A DNA stretch of 64,000 nucleotides, from NCBI GenBank assembly GCA_000165345.1, contig CM000435.1, positions 448,001-512,000 on the forward strand, in the 5' to 3' direction. Shown in pieces: positions 60,711-64,000 of this stretch. The translations under genes were made by a program, and so were the position numbers. The notes below the pieces were generated by a model. That model had not been told where the DNA came from and ran no database searches. It saw nothing but the letters and a program-made list of their open reading frames with translations. Within the stretch, counting starts at the first letter, position 1, and the number at the start of each line of letters is the position of its first letter.

Positions 60711-63700
60711 ATGAAATTTCCAAAGGACTTAATAGGCTTTTGGATATTATCGTCAATGTTTTTTATCTGTTTTTCATTAGTTTATGGTACTAAAACAGAA
60801 AGCAATGTCAAAAATAGTCTCCCATACTTGGAACTAAACAAAGGAAACAAACAAGGTCTATTGCGACAGCACAGAATGGTGGGAGAATTTTTGGAATGTA
60901 CTTATGTTGAGCATATCGATAAAAATTTACAAGATGGAAAAAATGAGGATTATTATCCAGGAACAGGAATTGATCGAAACAAAAGTAGAGTGGTTTCTTT
61001 GGAATCAATTGATATTTCGAGTAAAATCATCAAAACTTTGGAATGTCAGAAAAAAATTATTGAACGTTGGATGAAAGATATTACTAAAACTTTAAAAGAA
61101 AATTTGTTTTCAGTCATTGAAATAAGGAGCTGGAGAGAAATGACAAGACCAAAAAGCTTGAATGGAGAAGCTGGCGAAATTTTAGCAATTCTAGAGAATA
61201 AAAACTCGAGTCCATTAAATAAAGTTAAAGAGGCTGTGGAGGCATTTGAAAAGTATATAACAGAACTTCACGATGCCTACTCAGAATTCCGAAATTCTGA
61301 AGAAAAGCTGGAATCTGCTTCTACTGAAGAAGAAAAAAGAACCAGAGCACAAGTTGCAGTGTTAATTCTTGGTCAAAAGGAGAACAGAAGTCTGCTTAAA
61401 TTTACAAAGATAATACGCAACAACGCGGACGATGCAAGAGATTCAAAAAAACTTCTTGAGAAACTGTTTCCACTACTTTCTGGTGAAAGCTATAACAACA
61501 GAATTCTTCAAGCTCTGGAGCTTATTCAAATTTGTTTCTTTTTACTTAATGGTTTGAATGTTTTATCCGTATTTGAAGAACAGAGGTTATCTAATAAGTT
61601 CAGAAGGGATATGGAAAGAAGGAATTTAATTTACCAGCACAAAATTGAAAATAAAACTCTTTCAAGGTACCCAAAATTCTCAAACTCACCAAATTTTAAG
61701 GATATATCAAATTTCCTCTTGAGCTCTGTAAATAAATCAAGTGATGCTGAAAGTGAAAATAAAGTAAAAGTTGAATTTATTCAGATGTTTGATGAGATTA
61801 CTCAAGACTTTGGTATTCGTTGTCCATATTTTCTTACTTCAATATTGAGATCCGGAAAAGTTGGTCACTCTTTAAAAGGAGAAGAGTTGTTCGATTTAAA
61901 TGCAGTAAAAAATTGTCGGCTTGCATGGAAGGAAATATCTTCGTATTTATATAAAGAAGGCCAGATTGTTCCTTCAGCTGCAATTAGACAAGCATTGAAG
62001 AAAGCCCTATACAAACATGTTAAGACAGTTTATGTTTGGCCTAGAAATGCTTTAGGACTATTTAAAAGTCTTTTTGATCGTTCTGAATTTGAAAGAGCAT
62101 TTGATACTAGCAATGAAAAGAGATTTATATCCACTTGTTCTGAGGCTATAAATAAAGAAATTGGTCTAGGAACTTCCCATGCAGTTAGTTTGGACGAAAT
62201 TGCAATCATATGTTTTGATTTCTTTAATTTATTAGAGTTTTACACAGATCAGTACAACTACGGAAATCAGGAGAATGTTGGAAGAGATGGAAACACCATT
62301 CTAGCAACTAAAAAGTACGTAAATATTAATACTTTACCATCAAAAATTAAGGCAAAAGCACTGGACGTAGCTTGCTCTAGAACATTAGTTGGATTAATCG
62401 ACTTTCCGCCATTCAAATCTAATGATCTTGACAGAACGGTTATCGGTATTCTAACAACAAATTTTATGGAAACATGTGTTCAACGTATAGAAACTGTTCT
62501 TGGAGAGGCGTCGAAGTATAGAATAAGTAATCCCCAAACAATATGTACAGAAGTTAGAAATATCCTTAAGGACTATAATATGTTGTCTCAAAAGCCTGAA
62601 AATATAGAGGGTTCAATGGATATTTTTGAGCAATTTAATATTCTTGATACATCTATAGTTACAGAAACTTCAAAAGGTGCATCCAAACCCTCGGATAGCA
62701 TTGAATATCTAAAAATGCTTCAAAGTAAGCTTGGTAGCTTACAGCCAAGTTTTCAATCTACCCAAAGTAAAGATATAGGAATTTCCCCAATAAGACAGCT
62801 TGACCCTGTGAAGGCATATAATTTGGTCCGAAAAATGCATTTAGACTGGATGGAGCAAATGAGAAATGATCCAAGATATAAAGGTTTTACAGATTTAGAA
62901 TTGAAAAATAACTCTCCTTGGAACAAACAAATGAAACTTTGGCATGAATTAATCACTCCTGAATTACCTGAAGTTAGATATGCAGCATCATACCTTAACA
63001 ATAGACCTTCTAGATTTCCGTTGATTTCTGGAGATAAGAGAGGAAAACATAAAAAAATCACTCCTTTAGAGGAATTTCTTAATGAGGATTTGGATCCAAA
63101 ATATAGAGCCAGATATCCACTAGTTGAAAATGGTCCGTTCGAAGAACAAGATTTTTATTATGATGACGAATATTATAAACATCCTTATGAAGATTCTATA
63201 GCTGCTGAAGCAGCTCAAACTCGAGAATATTACATTAAAAGGAAAAATGGGAGCTATATAAAGAACGAGAAAGGAAGTTATATTAAAGAAAGAAACGGAA
63301 AGTATGTTAAAATCAATAAAGGAGATTATATTAAAGAAGGGAGAAGAAACTATATTAAAAAAGACGAAGGCTATTATACTAAAAATGGTGAGATAAACCA
63401 GCATTATGCCGCAGTTCCAGTTATCCATGGAGAACAAATCACAGCGCAATTAGTGAGACCCAATAAAGAATATAATATTAAGGCATACCAAACAAGGAAT
63501 AATGCTTTGATTAACTACTCCTATATTGACAATGGATGCAAAGGCGAAGAATTACCTTTACTCTGGGGACAAAGAGCAACCATTTTACATGAAAATATGA
63601 TTAAAGGTTTCAAAATGGTTAAATATAGAGGGAAATATGGGCCAGGACATTTTGTATCTATGGATGATATATGTTATATTTTGGAGAGAGACTTTAAGGT

Positions 63701-63863
63701 GAAAAGAAATTATTTTGAGGATATTTCCAAAGTTAATTTAATGGAATGTCAAAAATGGTTTACAGAATATCTTTCAAAACTCTGGCCGCCATTTAACATG
63801 GAAAGCTTTAAAGCTGATGTAAAAACTTTATGTTGGGATTCTGGATTTAGAGGCTGGTTATAG
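60711..63863 (+). CDS. large secreted hypothetical protein with C-terminal degenerate G-x-YIK repeats
   Basis: Signal peptide MKFPKDLIGFWILSSMFFICFSLVYG, 1050 aa, no recognisable enzyme motif. Confidence 0.5.
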   Translation: MKFPKDLIGFWILSSMFFICFSLVYGTKTESNVKNSLPYLELNKGNKQGLLRQHRMVGEFLECTYVEHIDKNLQDGKNEDYYPGTGIDRNKSRVVSLESIDISSKIIKTLECQKKIIERWMKDITKTLKENLFSVIEIRSWREMTRPKSLNGEAGEILAILENKNSSPLNKVKEAVEAFEKYITELHDAYSEFRNSEEKLESASTEEEKRTRAQVAVLILGQKENRSLLKFTKIIRNNADDARDSKKLLEKLFPLLSGESYNNRILQALELIQICFFLLNGLNVLSVFEEQRLSNKFRRDMERRNLIYQHKIENKTLSRYPKFSNSPNFKDISNFLLSSVNKSSDAESENKVKVEFIQMFDEITQDFGIRCPYFLTSILRSGKVGHSLKGEELFDLNAVKNCRLAWKEISSYLYKEGQIVPSAAIRQALKKALYKHVKTVYVWPRNALGLFKSLFDRSEFERAFDTSNEKRFISTCSEAINKEIGLGTSHAVSLDEIAIICFDFFNLLEFYTDQYNYGNQENVGRDGNTILATKKYVNINTLPSKIKAKALDVACSRTLVGLIDFPPFKSNDLDRTVIGILTTNFMETCVQRIETVLGEASKYRISNPQTICTEVRNILKDYNMLSQKPENIEGSMDIFEQFNILDTSIVTETSKGASKPSDSIEYLKMLQSKLGSLQPSFQSTQSKDIGISPIRQLDPVKAYNLVRKMHLDWMEQMRNDPRYKGFTDLELKNNSPWNKQMKLWHELITPELPEVRYAASYLNNRPSRFPLISGDKRGKHKKITPLEEFLNEDLDPKYRARYPLVENGPFEEQDFYYDDEYYKHPYEDSIAAEAAQTREYYIKRKNGSYIKNEKGSYIKERNGKYVKINKGDYIKEGRRNYIKKDEGYYTKNGEINQHYAAVPVIHGEQITAQLVRPNKEYNIKAYQTRNNALINYSYIDNGCKGEELPLLWGQRATILHENMIKGFKMVKYRGKYGPGHFVSMDDICYILERDFKVKRNYFEDISKVNLMECQKWFTEYLSKLWPPFNMESFKADVKTLCWDSGFRGWL
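63236..63392. repeat. degenerate tandem repeat of about 24-27 nt encoding (K/E)xNGxYIK units
   Basis: KRKNGSYIKNEKGSYIKERNGKYVKINKGDYIKEGRRNYIKKDEGYYTKNG. Confidence 0.6.
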
Positions 63864-63917
63864 GGGAGTTTATTAAATTCTCTAATTTTTTTTTCAAGCA
63901 TGTAAATCCACAATTTG

Positions 63918-63932
63918 TGTTGGCGCCAAATC
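63918..63932. promoter_or_regulatory. palindromic E2F site tgTTGGCGCCAAatc 3' of the secreted-protein gene, probably the promoter of the next gene off-window
   Basis: Perfect TTGGCGCCAA palindrome. Confidence 0.45.
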
Positions 63933-64000
63933 TGCAATGTAGATTATTTTTATGTTCTTTTAGAATATTTGATTTATTACTAGATAATTAGCTGTAAAAT

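Noticed and set aside
1-64000. Prokaryotic-style features (operons, CRISPR, RBS, rho-independent terminators, IS elements)
   Set aside because: Sequence is eukaryotic: spliceosomal introns, a class-II tRNA with Pol III terminator, tubulin/coatomer/retromer genes. No direct-repeat/spacer arrays or transposase ORFs seen.

Overview
This is a compact, AT-rich eukaryotic (apicomplexan) chromosomal segment, not a prokaryotic locus. A 4.1-kb gene encoding repeated CPxGF...C cysteine modules typical of Cryptosporidium oocyst-wall proteins (COWP family) points to Cryptosporidium. So do the roughly 70% AT content, the 1.6-kb average gene spacing and the GGCGCC/GGCGGG and GCATGC upstream motifs. From unverified memory, a COWP paralogue and a CBM20-containing CDPK lie a few kb apart on C. 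parvum chromosome 7; I cannot confirm that here. I support about 37 protein-coding genes and one tRNA-Ser(GCU). Genes with recognisable products: exportin-like karyopherin, ARID protein, COWP, ALG1 mannosyltransferase, TRAPP Bet3, UDP-sugar pyrophosphorylase, CBM20-CDPK, SMC4, p24/GOLD cargo receptor, ribosomal eL42, KH protein, type-II NADH dehydrogenase, coatomer gamma, GINS Psf3, FACT Spt16, COQ10-like START protein, NPL4, gamma-tubulin, Bub1-like kinase, sirtuin, LSm6, tandem-Aha1_N protein, Vps29. Several genes the ORF track misses or truncates are spliced, with canonical GTAAGT...YAG introns. These are GINS Psf3 (3 exons), a 4-exon SAM-like gene, eL42, a HEAT-repeat gene and a previously unseen 3' terminal exon of COWP. 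The main non-coding signal is an E2F-like motif (TTTGGCGCCAAA / TTTGGCGGGAAA and variants) that sits in almost every 5' intergenic region, often in divergent promoters. A second palindrome, GCATGC, accompanies it in several places. No mobile elements, CRISPR arrays or rRNA genes are present.
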